64,000 nt of DNA from an uncultured Eubacteriales bacterium (GTDB lineage Bacteria > Bacillota_I > Bacilli_A > RFN20 > UBA1709), in the NCBI GenBank assembly GCA_964367815.1, contig CAYIYR010000004.1, positions 3,236 through 67,235 of the forward strand, written 5' to 3'. Made by a program: the position numbers and the translations under genes. The number at the start of each line of letters is the position of its first letter. Positions within the stretch are counted from its first letter, which is position 1. A model generated the notes under the pieces. That model was not told the DNA's origin and did not search any database. It saw nothing but the letters and a program-made list of their open reading frames with translations. Shown here one piece after another: positions 1 to 10,692 of the stretch.

Positions 1-69
1 TGTAGTACATGATGTTAAGGCAAAAACAAACCCTATCATCAATAAACTAATTACTTTTTTAATAATCAT
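1..69 (-). CDS. Partial CDS (5' end only): putative lipoprotein N-terminus (MIIKKVISLLMIGFVFALTSC...)
   Basis: On the minus strand, RBS GGAGAGTGG then ATG near 69; the peptide has a hydrophobic signal followed by L-T-S-C lipobox-like Cys. The gene runs off the window. Confidence 0.3.
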   Translation of the reverse strand, partial: MIIKKVISLLMIGFVFALTSCTT

Positions 70-109
70 CCACTCTCCTTCCATTCAAAATTACTCTATT
101 CGGTAAATA

Positions 110-664
110 TTATATTTTCTTTCCTAGTTGATATGCTTCAACTAGCTTTTTATCTTCCTTTGAAGCTTGCTTAGGATCATTGATTCCACCGCCACGAATA
201 ATGCCTTTTAATTGGACATTATTAAAGCATTCTACCCAGCCGCCAAGACCAGCATATGCTCGATTAAAAGCCTCATCACTCTCATCGGCTGCTGTCGCAA
301 CTAGGTACACTTCTCTAAACTTAAAGTCAGTACCGTACATTGGATTCATTCTATCTAATAAGGTCTTCATCTGCCCTGACATCTCATAATAATAAATTGG
401 TGTCGCAAAAACTACAACATCACAGTTCTTGACAGTATTCATAATAGAATCTACATCATCTTTAATAACACATCTATGATTGATTTGACATGCTAGGCAG
501 CCACGGCAAAACTCAATATGCTTATTCTTTAATGATATGAATCTTACTGTATTTCCGGCTTCAATAGCTCCCTTTTCTAAACTATGAGCTAATATTTCTG
601 AATTTGAATTCTCGCGCAAACTTGTCGATATGATTACAATGTTTTTCATTTTCCTTCCCTCCAC
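110..664 (-). CDS. Flavodoxin-like NAD(P)H-dependent FMN reductase / iron-sulfur flavoprotein (Isf-like)
   Basis: 184 aa. N-terminal MKNIVIISTSLR...NS flavodoxin-like fold signature; compact Cys cluster FCRGCLACQINHRC typical of Isf-type proteins. Confidence 0.65.
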   Translation of the reverse strand: MEGRKMKNIVIISTSLRENSNSEILAHSLEKGAIEAGNTVRFISLKNKHIEFCRGCLACQINHRCVIKDDVDSIMNTVKNCDVVVFATPIYYYEMSGQMKTLLDRMNPMYGTDFKFREVYLVATAADESDEAFNRAYAGLGGWVECFNNVQLKGIIRGGGINDPKQASKEDKKLVEAYQLGKKI

Positions 665-1320
665 TCCTTGGCTCTTTTTCCAAATAAAGCAACATTCAAT
701 AAATCGGCCTCATCGCCATAGATAAAACTTTTTTGTTCTCTTGATAACTCAACTGGGACGAGATTTTCTTTGACCGCATCGGTATGAATTAAATAATTAA
801 GCTTTGTTAGAAGCCTCTTTCCCTGCCATTCAATTTGCTCAGATTCTTGAATTTTGAGTCTTTGGAATTCCTTGATAATAAAGAGTTTTACTTCAGCGGA
901 AATCCAACTGGCAAATTCCAATGCAATATCCCTATGTGCAAATGTTCCCCCTCCGACTCTCCCGGATTTCACGCGAATGCCAATTGCGTTAGTTAGTTCA
1001 ATCCATTTTTTAGGGGAAATAGTAAATGCATTCTCGCCAGGCTTACTTTTAAACCCCTCGAAATCGGTGGGTTTGAATTCCTGATTATTAATAGTTTCCC
1101 ACAGTGTTAGAAATTCGAGCGTATCCACTCTTCTCATCCAATTTGCAATCACTGGGTTAGTTTCACCATCAGTCTTAAACCTAGCAATATCCGTCAAACT
1201 AACGAAATCATCATCACTAATTCCTGTGATATTTATCTCCTTACCTTTAATGACCAATTTATTCATAAAGGAATTCCTCTTTTCTATCTTTATACCATTT
1301 TTCTTTGTTTTAGTCGACAA
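646..1320 (-). CDS. KilA-N domain-containing protein
   Basis: 224 aa with motifs SLTDIARF...NPVIANWMRR..TLEFLTLWE characteristic of the KilA-N DNA-binding domain; overlaps the downstream gene by 19 nt. Confidence 0.6.
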   Translation of the reverse strand: MSTKTKKNGIKIEKRNSFMNKLVIKGKEINITGISDDDFVSLTDIARFKTDGETNPVIANWMRRVDTLEFLTLWETINNQEFKPTDFEGFKSKPGENAFTISPKKWIELTNAIGIRVKSGRVGGGTFAHRDIALEFASWISAEVKLFIIKEFQRLKIQESEQIEWQGKRLLTKLNYLIHTDAVKENLVPVELSREQKSFIYGDEADLLNVALFGKRAKEWREGK

Positions 1321-1375
1321 TTTCTCTTAAAAAAAGGCATTCTGTACTTCTACAAAATGCCAACTTTTTACATAT

Positions 1376-1451
1376 GGCGTCCTCAGAGGGATTCGAACCC
1401 CCGACCTACGGCTTAGAAGGCAGTTGCTCTATCCAGCTGAGCTATGAGGAC
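1376..1451 (-). tRNA. tRNA-Arg (anticodon UCU)
   Basis: 76-nt cloverleaf on the minus strand: acceptor GTCCTCA/TGAGGAC, D-arm GCTC-AGCTGGATA-GAGC, anticodon loop CTTCTAA (U33, UCU, A37), T-arm GGGGG-TTCGAAT-CCCTC, encoded CCA. One U.C mismatch in the anticodon stem. Confidence 0.75.
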
Positions 1452-1537
1452 GTGCCTATATAATATAAACCATTTTTATCACAATTTCAATATAGAATTT
1501 TTATGGTTTAATTTTTTTATTTAAGGTTTTCCGCCGA

Positions 1538-4048
1538 TTATTTCAACTGTGCACGCCAAGGACGTTCTTTCAACTTCTCAATGCCGATACAGAAGCCCAT
1601 ATAAAGTGGGATAGAGTACTGAGCGATACAGATCACTAGCAAGGTTGCGGTTACGCCTAAAGTTTTGAAGCTAACTAGCTCCATCAAATCTCCTAAGCCA
1701 AACAGACAGACAAAGAATAATAGCAGCATAATAATATACATAGTTCTTCTGTTATTATTGAATGGCCGACAGGTTCGGTAAAGGACCATAAAACCAACCG
1801 CCATAGTCGAAAGAATTGTCATTGTTGAAATCATCTGATTAGTTAAGGTTGAGCCTTCGGGGAAGATGCTACCAATACCAATAATTACTATGTAATTAAT
1901 GACAATTAAAACCGCGCCGGGTAGTGCACTGACCAGAACATCGCGTAAGAATTTGCCTTTGATTTGCGTGTTATTTGCTTCCAAAGCCAAATAGAAGGAA
2001 GGAATAGAAACCACGAACCAGTCAAAAAGCATTAATTGAACAGTTTGAATTGGATAAATATTCTTAGATATAATTACTACAAGCGTTAAGAGGAAAGAGA
2101 AGATTGTCTTAGTTAAGAACATGGTTGCGACACGCTTAATATTGTTAATTACTCTTCTTCCCTCTTTGACTACGAGAGGCATAGATGAGAAGTTAGAATC
2201 CAATAAGACCAAGTGAGCGACATTACGAGTTGCTTCACTGCCGTTTGCCATCGCTATACTACAATCAGACTCCTTCATTGCTAATATATCATTGACACCA
2301 TCACCAGTCATAGCAACAGTATGACCATTTTGTTTTAACTTTTTAATCAATATTTGTTTTTGCTTTGGAGATACTCTGCCAAACACAGTATAGTGCTCAG
2401 CACTACGTGCGACTTCTTCATCACCCATTCCATCTAAACTGATAAAGTGATTAGCATTATCGACTCCAGCCCGCATCGCAATCTTAGAAACTGTCAAAGG
2501 ATTATCACCGGAGATGACCTTGACATTGACATTGCTGTCTTTAAAATATTGAATAGTTTCAGCTGCATCCTTGCGGATAACATCTTCAATCGTAATTAAT
2601 GCTAATGGAGTAACTTCATTAAAGATTTGTTCAGGATTGGTGATTTTAGTATTACTAGCAGCAACCAATAAAACTCTCAATCCTTGCTTAGCGTAACGTT
2701 CTACATCAAAAGAAATACTTGATTCCTTATAATTCTTTGGCATTACAAATTCAGGAGCACCAATAATATAGGACATCTTGTCATTTTCAAAATAAGCGGC
2801 CATATATTTACGAACGCTAGAAAAAGGAACAATCGCTTTTGTAGAAGCTTTTTTTACTTGACCAAACTTCTTGTTAAGAGCAACTGCGGTAGCATTTGTT
2901 TCTTTCACATTGCCTAATACCATTGATATTATCTGTTTTACAGATAAATTAATGTCAGTTGGATATTCAATTACATCCCTAACTCGCATTGTTCCATCTG
3001 TAATAGTCCCAGTCTTATCAAGACAAAGCATATCGACTCTTGCCAACATCTCAATGCAATATAAATCCTTAACTAAGGTATTGTTTCGACCAAGCTTAAT
3101 TACTCCATAAGCCAGTGAAATAGAAGTCATTAAGAACAATCCTGATGGAATCATTCCAATCATACTTCCTGCGGTACTAATAATTGATTGACGCCAGTCA
3201 TTAGCAGTTGCTACATAGTAGTTATTTAAGAACAATACCGTTCCTAAGATTACAACAATCACAGTTATTACTCTAATCAAGATTTGCAAAGAATGCATTA
3301 TTTCTGATTTTGGCTTAGTGTATCTTTTGGCTTGTGATGCTAACTGCTGAATATAGTTTTGATCGCCAACTCTTTCAACTTTCGCATAGCAATCGCCCGA
3401 GACAATAAAACTTCCCGAATATAATAATCCACCGGGTTTCTTCACAATCGAGTCGGCTTCACCGGTAAGCATTGATTCATTAACTTCTACTACGCCCTTG
3501 CGGACAATGCTATCAGCACAAATCTGTTTGCCGGCATCTAAAAACATAATATCATCTGATACTAGTTCATCTGCTTTCACGTATTCTTTCTTTCCATTTC
3601 TAATTACTTGTACCGAAGGAGCAGAAATCAAAGATAGGGATTCAACAGTTTTCTTGGCTTTTAATTCTTGAATGATACCAATAACCGTATTGATGATAAT
3701 AATGAAAACAAATAAAAGGTTTTTGTAAGACTGGGCAACTATTAAAGCCGCAGCTATTAATAGATTAAGCAAATTGAAAACTGTCAAAACATTGCCGACA
3801 ATGATTTGACCAACCGTCTTAGCATTTTTATTAGTGACAATATTAACTTTGCCCTGAGCAACTCTGGCAGCGACTTCCTCGCTTGTCAGTCCCTTACTAA
3901 CGGTTATTCTTTTGGCTTTAACTTCCTTTTGTTCATTGACTTGTTCGCTCTCTTCAATTACGGGCTCACTTTTCAATTCTTCATTAGAAACAGTTTGAGG
4001 GGCTATGTCAATATTCTCAAATTCAGTTATCTTCTTTTTTCGCGCCAT
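1538..4048 (-). CDS. Cation-transporting P-type ATPase (Ca2+/PMCA-SERCA-like, YloB-like)
   Basis: 836 aa. DKTGTIT phosphorylation motif, TGDGVND hinge motif, and about 10 TM segments. Confidence 0.85.
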   Translation of the reverse strand: MARKKKITEFENIDIAPQTVSNEELKSEPVIEESEQVNEQKEVKAKRITVSKGLTSEEVAARVAQGKVNIVTNKNAKTVGQIIVGNVLTVFNLLNLLIAAALIVAQSYKNLLFVFIIIINTVIGIIQELKAKKTVESLSLISAPSVQVIRNGKKEYVKADELVSDDIMFLDAGKQICADSIVRKGVVEVNESMLTGEADSIVKKPGGLLYSGSFIVSGDCYAKVERVGDQNYIQQLASQAKRYTKPKSEIMHSLQILIRVITVIVVILGTVLFLNNYYVATANDWRQSIISTAGSMIGMIPSGLFLMTSISLAYGVIKLGRNNTLVKDLYCIEMLARVDMLCLDKTGTITDGTMRVRDVIEYPTDINLSVKQIISMVLGNVKETNATAVALNKKFGQVKKASTKAIVPFSSVRKYMAAYFENDKMSYIIGAPEFVMPKNYKESSISFDVERYAKQGLRVLLVAASNTKITNPEQIFNEVTPLALITIEDVIRKDAAETIQYFKDSNVNVKVISGDNPLTVSKIAMRAGVDNANHFISLDGMGDEEVARSAEHYTVFGRVSPKQKQILIKKLKQNGHTVAMTGDGVNDILAMKESDCSIAMANGSEATRNVAHLVLLDSNFSSMPLVVKEGRRVINNIKRVATMFLTKTIFSFLLTLVVIISKNIYPIQTVQLMLFDWFVVSIPSFYLALEANNTQIKGKFLRDVLVSALPGAVLIVINYIVIIGIGSIFPEGSTLTNQMISTMTILSTMAVGFMVLYRTCRPFNNNRRTMYIIMLLLFFVCLFGLGDLMELVSFKTLGVTATLLVICIAQYSIPLYMGFCIGIEKLKERPWRAQLK

Positions 4049-4162
4049 TTGACATACCTCCTCAGTTTATTTTAATTATATAGAATATGGGGCTTATTTT
4101 CAACACCTTATTTTTAATAAAAAGAGAAATTTATTTGATTTTTTAGATAGTTTTTTCAAATA

Positions 4163-4186
4163 CAAAAAAGCCGCCTTTCGGCAGCC
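4163..4186 (-). terminator. Rho-independent terminator downstream of the GerM-like gene
   Basis: GC-rich hairpin (GCCGCC-TTTC-GGCAGC) followed on the minus strand by a U6 run. Confidence 0.45.
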
Positions 4187-4208
4187 ATAAATCTGGTTTT
4201 GCTATTAT

Positions 4209-5216
4209 TTATAAGTAGATTTCGTTATAGTATATGCTTCCGACTGTCACATCTTCGATATTTTGATAACCACTAACTGCTACTTCTTCACCTGCTACAG
4301 TAATGGTGACACTTTGAATATTAGCAACGTCGCTCATGCATACAAGCAATGCTTCATATAGATCTTGGGACACAAGATTTTCTTCTGTTAAGGCTGTGAC
4401 ACCAAGCTCTAGTTTTAACTTGTTTCCTTCTAAATTAACGCCTACGATATCGAGACTTTTAACTTCTTCGATTAGCTCTAACCCAGTAATTAATGGCGCT
4501 TTTTCTTGTAATAAATTGGAAACGGTTGAAACAGTTATTTCTTTGCTATCAATTGTCTTGCTAACAGGAACATAAGCAGTTTTATCATTGATTGTCATTT
4601 GATAATAAGCAACCATCCTATTAGCTCCAGCTTTATAAGAAAAGACATGATTATTTATTCCAAAACTCTTATTTAGTTCATTTGGAAGCGGCGTATGACC
4701 AACAGGCATATGGGTCAATTCTTCACCTTCCACTTTTATTTTTAGTGAACTTACTTCTGGATATTGATTAGCAGTCCAGGCCATGGCTTCAATGATTCGC
4801 AATTCATTACCAACCTCATAGCCAGCAAACTCCTTAGAAAAATCAACTGTCAAAATTCCATTGCTTACTTCTAAAGTATTGATCTTAGTAGATGCTGGCA
4901 AAACTTCACTGTAACCTTTGGTTATCAGTTTGCTACCGCCCCTCATCAAGCTAAAAATATAGTAAATTTCTTCACCTAAATCAGTTTTCTTTTCAAAAGA
5001 AACCGTTACCGGCACAACATAGCCACTCTTGCTTATCAAATAAACTTTTCTTTTAACTGCTGATGCCATTTCGCCACCAACTTCGTCAACTTGACTGATA
5101 GGTTTCCGATTGGAAACAACATGATCGACTCCTGCATACGTTATTACCCCTAGGATGACTGCCAAGATGGAAGTGTAAATCCAAAACATTTTTTTATTAC
5201 GTAGTATTCTTTTCAT
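4209..5216 (-). CDS. GerMN-domain sporulation/germination lipoprotein (GerM-like)
   Basis: 335 aa. N-terminal signal anchor and two GerMN-like repeats (ILTVDFSKEF..., KLKLELGVTAL...). Confidence 0.5.
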   Translation of the reverse strand: MKRILRNKKMFWIYTSILAVILGVITYAGVDHVVSNRKPISQVDEVGGEMASAVKRKVYLISKSGYVVPVTVSFEKKTDLGEEIYYIFSLMRGGSKLITKGYSEVLPASTKINTLEVSNGILTVDFSKEFAGYEVGNELRIIEAMAWTANQYPEVSSLKIKVEGEELTHMPVGHTPLPNELNKSFGINNHVFSYKAGANRMVAYYQMTINDKTAYVPVSKTIDSKEITVSTVSNLLQEKAPLITGLELIEEVKSLDIVGVNLEGNKLKLELGVTALTEENLVSQDLYEALLVCMSDVANIQSVTITVAGEEVAVSGYQNIEDVTVGSIYYNEIYL

Positions 5217-5307
5217 ATAAATCCCCCACTTTTAGATAATAAAAATATCTACTGTTTGATAATATGTCCTACATAATAAAAATAGACCTTCAATTACATT
5301 AAAAGGC

Positions 5308-5511
5308 CTACAGCGATAATTCTTCCATTCTAACGAGTTCAACTACTGCTTGAGCTCTTCCCTTAACTCCAATTTTTTGCATCACGTTAGAGATGTGATT
5401 ACGAACTGTCTTCTCACTGATGAACAATATCTCGCCAATTTCCTTGGTTGATTTATTGCCGATCAATAATTCAAACACCTCGCGTTCTCGCTTGGTTAGT
5501 ACCGATGGCAT
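5308..5511 (-). CDS. gerE: LuxR-family HTH sporulation regulator GerE
   Basis: 67 aa, near-identical in motif content to B. subtilis GerE: LTKREREVFELL..TKEI...FISEKTVRNHISN.MQKLGVKGR.QAVVEL.RM.EL.L. Confidence 0.8.
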   Translation of the reverse strand: MPSVLTKREREVFELLIGNKSTKEIGEILFISEKTVRNHISNVMQKIGVKGRAQAVVELVRMEELSL

Positions 5512-5577
5512 CTGATACCTCCTTCGGTGTCTACATTATCGTATGCAAAAAAGCACAAAAGGTTAGTGATTTTGTGC

Positions 5578-7335
5578 CTAATTTAGTTTTTTCTTTACTT
5601 CCTCTGCCACATTCCTTGGCAAATGCTGAGATAATTCCTCAACAGTTGCTTTCTTTATTTGCTCAATACTGCCAAAAACTCTTAATAGTTCTTGTTTCCG
5701 ACTTTGACCAATGCCAGGAATCCCATCTAATAAAGAAGATACTAAAGATTTACTTCTGGTATTATGATGATAGCCAATAACAAATCGATGGACTTCATCT
5801 TGCATCTTGGTCAGCAGGAAGAAAAGGGGTTTATTATCTTTGATAATAACTTTCTCCCCGCTATCGAGAACTAAAGCATCAGTAGAGTGATGATTGTCCT
5901 TACTTAGTCCGATTACCGGCATGTTGATGCCCAATGCTTCTAAGGCCTTAATTGCCGCTTCAATCTGCGTTATGCCGCCATCAACAATCAATAAATCACT
6001 TAAAGAAGTTTGTTCAACAAGTTTACGATAATAACGCCGATAGATAATTTCATACATGCTTTGAACATCATCACGGGTTTCCTCACTTTGAATCTTATAC
6101 TTCCGATAAAGTTTCTTTTGCGGTTGACCATTAACAAATACCACAACTGCACTAACAGCCGCATCTCCTTGAAGATGAGAATTATCAATTAATTCAATGG
6201 TGTATGGTGTCGGACAATTAGCTCTTCTTCCCAGCTCCTCTAAGATGGTAAGTACATCAGTATCCGGCGTTTTATTAGTTAAATACTTTTCTTCCATTCC
6301 TTCAACAGCGTTTTGAGCCGCCATTTGCAGAAGTTTTAATTTATCACCCCGGCTCGGTGTGATTATCTCAGCTTCTAAGGCCTCTTGTAAAGTATTAGCA
6401 TCTGGCAAATCAGGAATGACAATCTCTTTAGGTTTTATATTCTTCTCATAATATTGCATAATATAAGAAATAAAGGAGCTTTCAGCATCTCCATAATAAG
6501 ATAATACTTCATTATGCTTCAAAAGGAGAATTCCATTACGGAATATAAGGGTTGATATAGCAATATACTCATCTTTGGTATGAAAAGCGAAAACATCGCG
6601 ATCAACTTTATTCAAAATCTGAACATTTTGTCTACTAGCAATATGATCTATTCCCGCGATTAAATCACGGTATTCCTTAGCTTGCTCAAATTCCATTTTC
6701 TCAGAGCACTGATACATTTTATCCTGTAATTCCTTACGAATTTCCTTCGTTGACCCCCGTAAGAAATTGGTAATACTATTTATAACCGGAGCATAATCAT
6801 CACTAGTTATTTGATTAATACAAGGTCCTAGACATTGTCCGATATGATAATAAAGACATTGTTTCTTCGGTATCTGGCGACACTTACGTAAAGGATATAA
6901 TCTATTCAATAAATAGAGGGTTGAATGTGCCGCAGAACTATCAGAATAGGGTCCAAAGTACTTAGACTTCTTATCTTTGATCGATCGCGTTATTTGCATA
7001 TAAGGATGGTCTCCCATCTTAATTTGGATATAAGGATAAGAGCCACCGTCTTTTAAAAGAATGTTATAAGGTGGATTGTGGAGATGAATTAAGTTAATCT
7101 CTAACAGAAGTGCTTCCTTCTCTGTTGAAGTAATAATTGTATCAAAAGTTTCAATTTCTGATACCATTTTCTGCGTTTTGCCACTATGCGGACGATTAAA
7201 ATAAGAATTTACTCTAACATTGAGTCGCTTCGCTTTCCCAACATAGATTATTTTCCCTTCTTTATTCTTCATTAAGTAGCAACCAGGCAATGGCTTTAGA
7301 AGTGCTAGTTTCTCTTTAACAAGATCGTTAGGCAT
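5578..7335 (-). CDS. uvrC: Excinuclease ABC subunit C
   Basis: 585 aa. N-terminal GIY-YIG module (GCYLMKNKEGKIIYVGKAKRL), UvrC central region, and C-terminal RNaseH-like/HhH domains. Confidence 0.9.
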   Translation of the reverse strand: MPNDLVKEKLALLKPLPGCYLMKNKEGKIIYVGKAKRLNVRVNSYFNRPHSGKTQKMVSEIETFDTIITSTEKEALLLEINLIHLHNPPYNILLKDGGSYPYIQIKMGDHPYMQITRSIKDKKSKYFGPYSDSSAAHSTLYLLNRLYPLRKCRQIPKKQCLYYHIGQCLGPCINQITSDDYAPVINSITNFLRGSTKEIRKELQDKMYQCSEKMEFEQAKEYRDLIAGIDHIASRQNVQILNKVDRDVFAFHTKDEYIAISTLIFRNGILLLKHNEVLSYYGDAESSFISYIMQYYEKNIKPKEIVIPDLPDANTLQEALEAEIITPSRGDKLKLLQMAAQNAVEGMEEKYLTNKTPDTDVLTILEELGRRANCPTPYTIELIDNSHLQGDAAVSAVVVFVNGQPQKKLYRKYKIQSEETRDDVQSMYEIIYRRYYRKLVEQTSLSDLLIVDGGITQIEAAIKALEALGINMPVIGLSKDNHHSTDALVLDSGEKVIIKDNKPLFFLLTKMQDEVHRFVIGYHHNTRSKSLVSSLLDGIPGIGQSRKQELLRVFGSIEQIKKATVEELSQHLPRNVAEEVKKKLN

Positions 7336-7337
7336 AA

Positions 7338-9656
7338 CTAGTCCTTAAAGACGACAACAGTCGCTCCCATACCACCATCATAAGCTCCACCATAATGGAA
7401 CTCTTTGACATTAGATTTGCCCTTTAAATACTTCTGAACAGCATTGCGCAAAGCCCCACTGCCAAAGCCATGAATAATGCGTACTGTTTTGAGTCTTACG
7501 CGCATGGCATTATCTAAATACTTATCAACAGCTTCCAGGGCCTCATCAACGTGCATACCAATAAGATTTAGTTCCATTGGGACATGTAATAATTGTTCAG
7601 CCTTCATCATTTTTTTCTCGACAATTTCCATACTTTTTTCTTCTGTATGCTGAAGATTGCTGCCCTTGACTTTTAAAGAAATGCCACCAATGTTAACTAA
7701 GTACGCATCACCATTTTTCCGCTCAATCTTACCCCGGCGCTTAGCGGAAATTACATATGCATAGTCGCCAACTTCAAATGGCTTTTCGGCTTGAGTTACT
7801 TCATCCTCAATAATTTCGGGTTTCAAGGCATTAATACGGGCCTTAGCGTTGATTACTTGGTGCAATTTTAGGTCATCGTTATTCTTTAAATCATTGAGAA
7901 CATCTTCAACACTTTGCATCGCATCAACAACAAGTTTATCTATTTCTTCATCGGCATTCTCTTTAATCTTCAACTCTTCTTTTTTTAACTTATCTTTATA
8001 CTCTTCAGCAGCAAGATATTCTTGCTTAGTTTCTTCTTTTTGTTTCTCGATCAATTCCTTTTGGTGATTTACTTCTTCTAATTCACCTTCTAGTTGCTCA
8101 ATCAATTCATCCGATTTGCTCATATAGTGCTTTCGATAGTTCTTTGCCTCATTAATCAGTTCTAACGGAAAGCCTAGATTGGTAGCAATCTCAAAGGCAT
8201 AGGATTTTCCTGATACACCCTTTAATAATTTATAAGTTGGTTTCATTTCTGTACTATCAAAAATCATTGAAGCATTAGTAACATAACCCTGTTCAATTGC
8301 GAAAGTTTTCAAATTCGCATAGTGAGTTGTAGCTAAAACGATAGATTGACAGCGATGAAATTGAGAAATAACCGCCATCGCAATGGCTTCACCTTCTTGG
8401 GGATTAGTCCCACCACCAACTTCATCAATAAGAACCAAAGATTTATCATTGGCTTTTTGAACCATTTCAGTCAACTTACTAATATGAGATGAAAAGGTTG
8501 ATAGAGATTGCTCAATTGATTGATCATCACCAATATCAACATAGAAATCATCAAAGATGCCTAGACGAGAGGCAAAATTACAAGGAATAGCCAGTCCACA
8601 CTGATTCATCAATGCAATAATTCCCACAGTTTTTAAGGCAACTGTCTTACCGCCAGTATTAGGACCAGTAATTAAATAAATGAGATTATCTTCTCCGCCC
8701 AAACTAAAATCATTCGCTACAGCTACTTTTTTATCAATCAACGGGTGTTTAGCGCCTCTAAGGTTAATTATCTGTTCTTGACTTAACTCAGCTACAAGCG
8801 CGTCAATACTGATGCCATATGCACCTTTAGCAAACATAAAATCTATTTCTTCAATCATTCTTTGATTACGCAGTAAGGTCTCTCCATCCACAGCAACTAA
8901 CTTTGTTAGTTCTCTTAGTATTCTTTCAATCTCTAGATTCTCCTGCTGTTTCAAAGCAGCAATCTGCGAATTCAAAAGAATCGCCGCTTCCGGTTCGACA
9001 TAGACTGTTTGTTGACTGGCGGATTCATCATGAATAATCCCATTCAAAGCATTCTTATAAGCAGCCTTAACGGGAATGACTAAGCGATCATTACGCATCG
9101 TAATTAAATTATCCGCTAAATAGGTGGCCTTTGAGCGAATAATCGACTCCATTTTTCTTCTAATCTCAGAACTTTTCACTGATATTTCCCGTCTAATTTT
9201 CGCCAATGCGGATGAAGCATTATCATAAATTTCAAAGCTTGGTGTAATACAGAGATCAATCCGCGCCTTTAAGTCCTTGAGAGGATGTAACGTATTAATA
9301 TAATATTCAAACTCAGGATACTGATTAGACTTTAAGGAATTAAAGAAGCTTTTCATTCTTACAATCCCCGTCGATTGACTTCCTATCCGATATAATTCTT
9401 CTGGGCTTAATACACCCTGTTTCATCGCTTTATCAACTGAGATAGATAAGTCATGAATGTATTCAATTGGACAACGGCCAAAAGAATCGACAATACTTAA
9501 GGCTTCGTTAGTCTTGTTCAATTCCTCAAGAATATGAAAATAGTCAGTACTATAATCCATTTCCATTATTCGCTGCTTGGTAAAACCTAGGTAAGCGAAT
9601 TCCGCAAGTTGCTTCTTGACCGCTGCAAACTCTAGAATAGTTTTCGCATCACGCAT
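7338..9656 (-). CDS. mutS2: Endonuclease MutS2 (MutS domain plus C-terminal Smr)
   Basis: 772 aa. Walker A GPNTGGKT; C-terminal Smr domain (LIGMHVDEALE...). Confidence 0.9.
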   Translation of the reverse strand: MRDAKTILEFAAVKKQLAEFAYLGFTKQRIMEMDYSTDYFHILEELNKTNEALSIVDSFGRCPIEYIHDLSISVDKAMKQGVLSPEELYRIGSQSTGIVRMKSFFNSLKSNQYPEFEYYINTLHPLKDLKARIDLCITPSFEIYDNASSALAKIRREISVKSSEIRRKMESIIRSKATYLADNLITMRNDRLVIPVKAAYKNALNGIIHDESASQQTVYVEPEAAILLNSQIAALKQQENLEIERILRELTKLVAVDGETLLRNQRMIEEIDFMFAKGAYGISIDALVAELSQEQIINLRGAKHPLIDKKVAVANDFSLGGEDNLIYLITGPNTGGKTVALKTVGIIALMNQCGLAIPCNFASRLGIFDDFYVDIGDDQSIEQSLSTFSSHISKLTEMVQKANDKSLVLIDEVGGGTNPQEGEAIAMAVISQFHRCQSIVLATTHYANLKTFAIEQGYVTNASMIFDSTEMKPTYKLLKGVSGKSYAFEIATNLGFPLELINEAKNYRKHYMSKSDELIEQLEGELEEVNHQKELIEKQKEETKQEYLAAEEYKDKLKKEELKIKENADEEIDKLVVDAMQSVEDVLNDLKNNDDLKLHQVINAKARINALKPEIIEDEVTQAEKPFEVGDYAYVISAKRRGKIERKNGDAYLVNIGGISLKVKGSNLQHTEEKSMEIVEKKMMKAEQLLHVPMELNLIGMHVDEALEAVDKYLDNAMRVRLKTVRIIHGFGSGALRNAVQKYLKGKSNVKEFHYGGAYDGGMGATVVVFKD

Positions 9657-9733
9657 AACTCATCACTTCCAGTATTATATTTTACCAAAATTTAGACTGC
9701 TTGTCATAGAAAAATATGCTAAAATGAAAACAG

Positions 9734-10633
9734 GTGATAAATATGGCTCAGAACATCGTCGTTTTGACTTTAAATGAAGAGACTTTTAACAAGTTAAAAT
9801 ATTTTTATGCTGACAAACAAGTTGCCAATCCCAATGAATACATTATCTTCATGGCGAAGACCGAGGCTTGTAGTGTCACCGTTTATTATACAATGAATAC
9901 CGTATTTCAAGGCAAAGGCGCCGAAGATGAAGCTGCTATTTTTGGCTATAATCCAAATAAGACTTGGTTATATAATGCCTCTCATGGCGGTAGCGATGAA
10001 GTTGGCACTGGAGATTATTTTGGGCCAATTATTGTCGCAGCAGCTTATGTATCAGCAAAAGACATCCCTTCATTAAATGCTTGCGGTATCGGTGATTCGA
10101 AAAAGCTAAGTGATGCCTTTATTCTTGATCTGGTACCAACATTAATTAAACAATATAAATATTCTGTCCTCATTTTAGATAACAGCAAATATAATCAATT
10201 GATTAAAAAAGGGTGGAATATGAATAGCCTTAAGGCTGCTCTTCATAACAAAGCTCTTGCAACCCTAAATAAGAAGGTTGGCAAGATACCATTCTTTGTC
10301 ATTGACCAATTCACGCCAAAGGATAAGTATTATCAATATATCAAAGATGAAAAAGATATCGTTAAAAATGTGGAGTTTATTACCAAAGGTGAATCGGCTT
10401 CTCCCGCAGTTGCTTTAGCGTCCATGATTGCACGCTATACTTTTCTGAAAATGATGCAAAAAATGGAAGAAGAATTAGGAATAAAAATTCCACTTGGTGC
10501 TTCCTCTCAAGTAGAGGCATTTGTTGCTGAATTTATCAAAAAGAATGGTGAAGAAAAACTCACTAACTATGCCAAAGTTAATTTCAAAACCACAGTAAAA
10601 GCCAAAGAATTGCTAAACGACAAACTTGTTTAA
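9734..10633 (+). CDS. rnhC: Ribonuclease HIII
   Basis: 299 aa. N-terminal TBP-like region followed by an RNase H type-2 core (DEVGTGDYFGPI). Confidence 0.8.
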   Translation: MINMAQNIVVLTLNEETFNKLKYFYADKQVANPNEYIIFMAKTEACSVTVYYTMNTVFQGKGAEDEAAIFGYNPNKTWLYNASHGGSDEVGTGDYFGPIIVAAAYVSAKDIPSLNACGIGDSKKLSDAFILDLVPTLIKQYKYSVLILDNSKYNQLIKKGWNMNSLKAALHNKALATLNKKVGKIPFFVIDQFTPKDKYYQYIKDEKDIVKNVEFITKGESASPAVALASMIARYTFLKMMQKMEEELGIKIPLGASSQVEAFVAEFIKKNGEEKLTNYAKVNFKTTVKAKELLNDKLV

Positions 10634-10660
10634 AAGGTTAGCTAATATATTATTATAAAC

Positions 10661-10690
10661 AAAAACACAGCAATGCTGTGTTTTATTTTT
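10661..10690. terminator. Bidirectional intrinsic terminator between convergent rnhC and the M42 peptidase gene
   Basis: ACACAGC-AAT-GCTGTGT hairpin flanked by an A-run and a T-run. Confidence 0.6.
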
Positions 10691-10692
10691 TC

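Noticed and set aside
1396-1420. Alternative reading of the tRNA anticodon loop as TTCTAAG (anticodon CUA, amber suppressor)
   Set aside because: That alignment loses U33 and anticodon-stem pairing. The CTTCTAA loop (U33, UCU, A37) gives a canonical cloverleaf with a single U.C mismatch.
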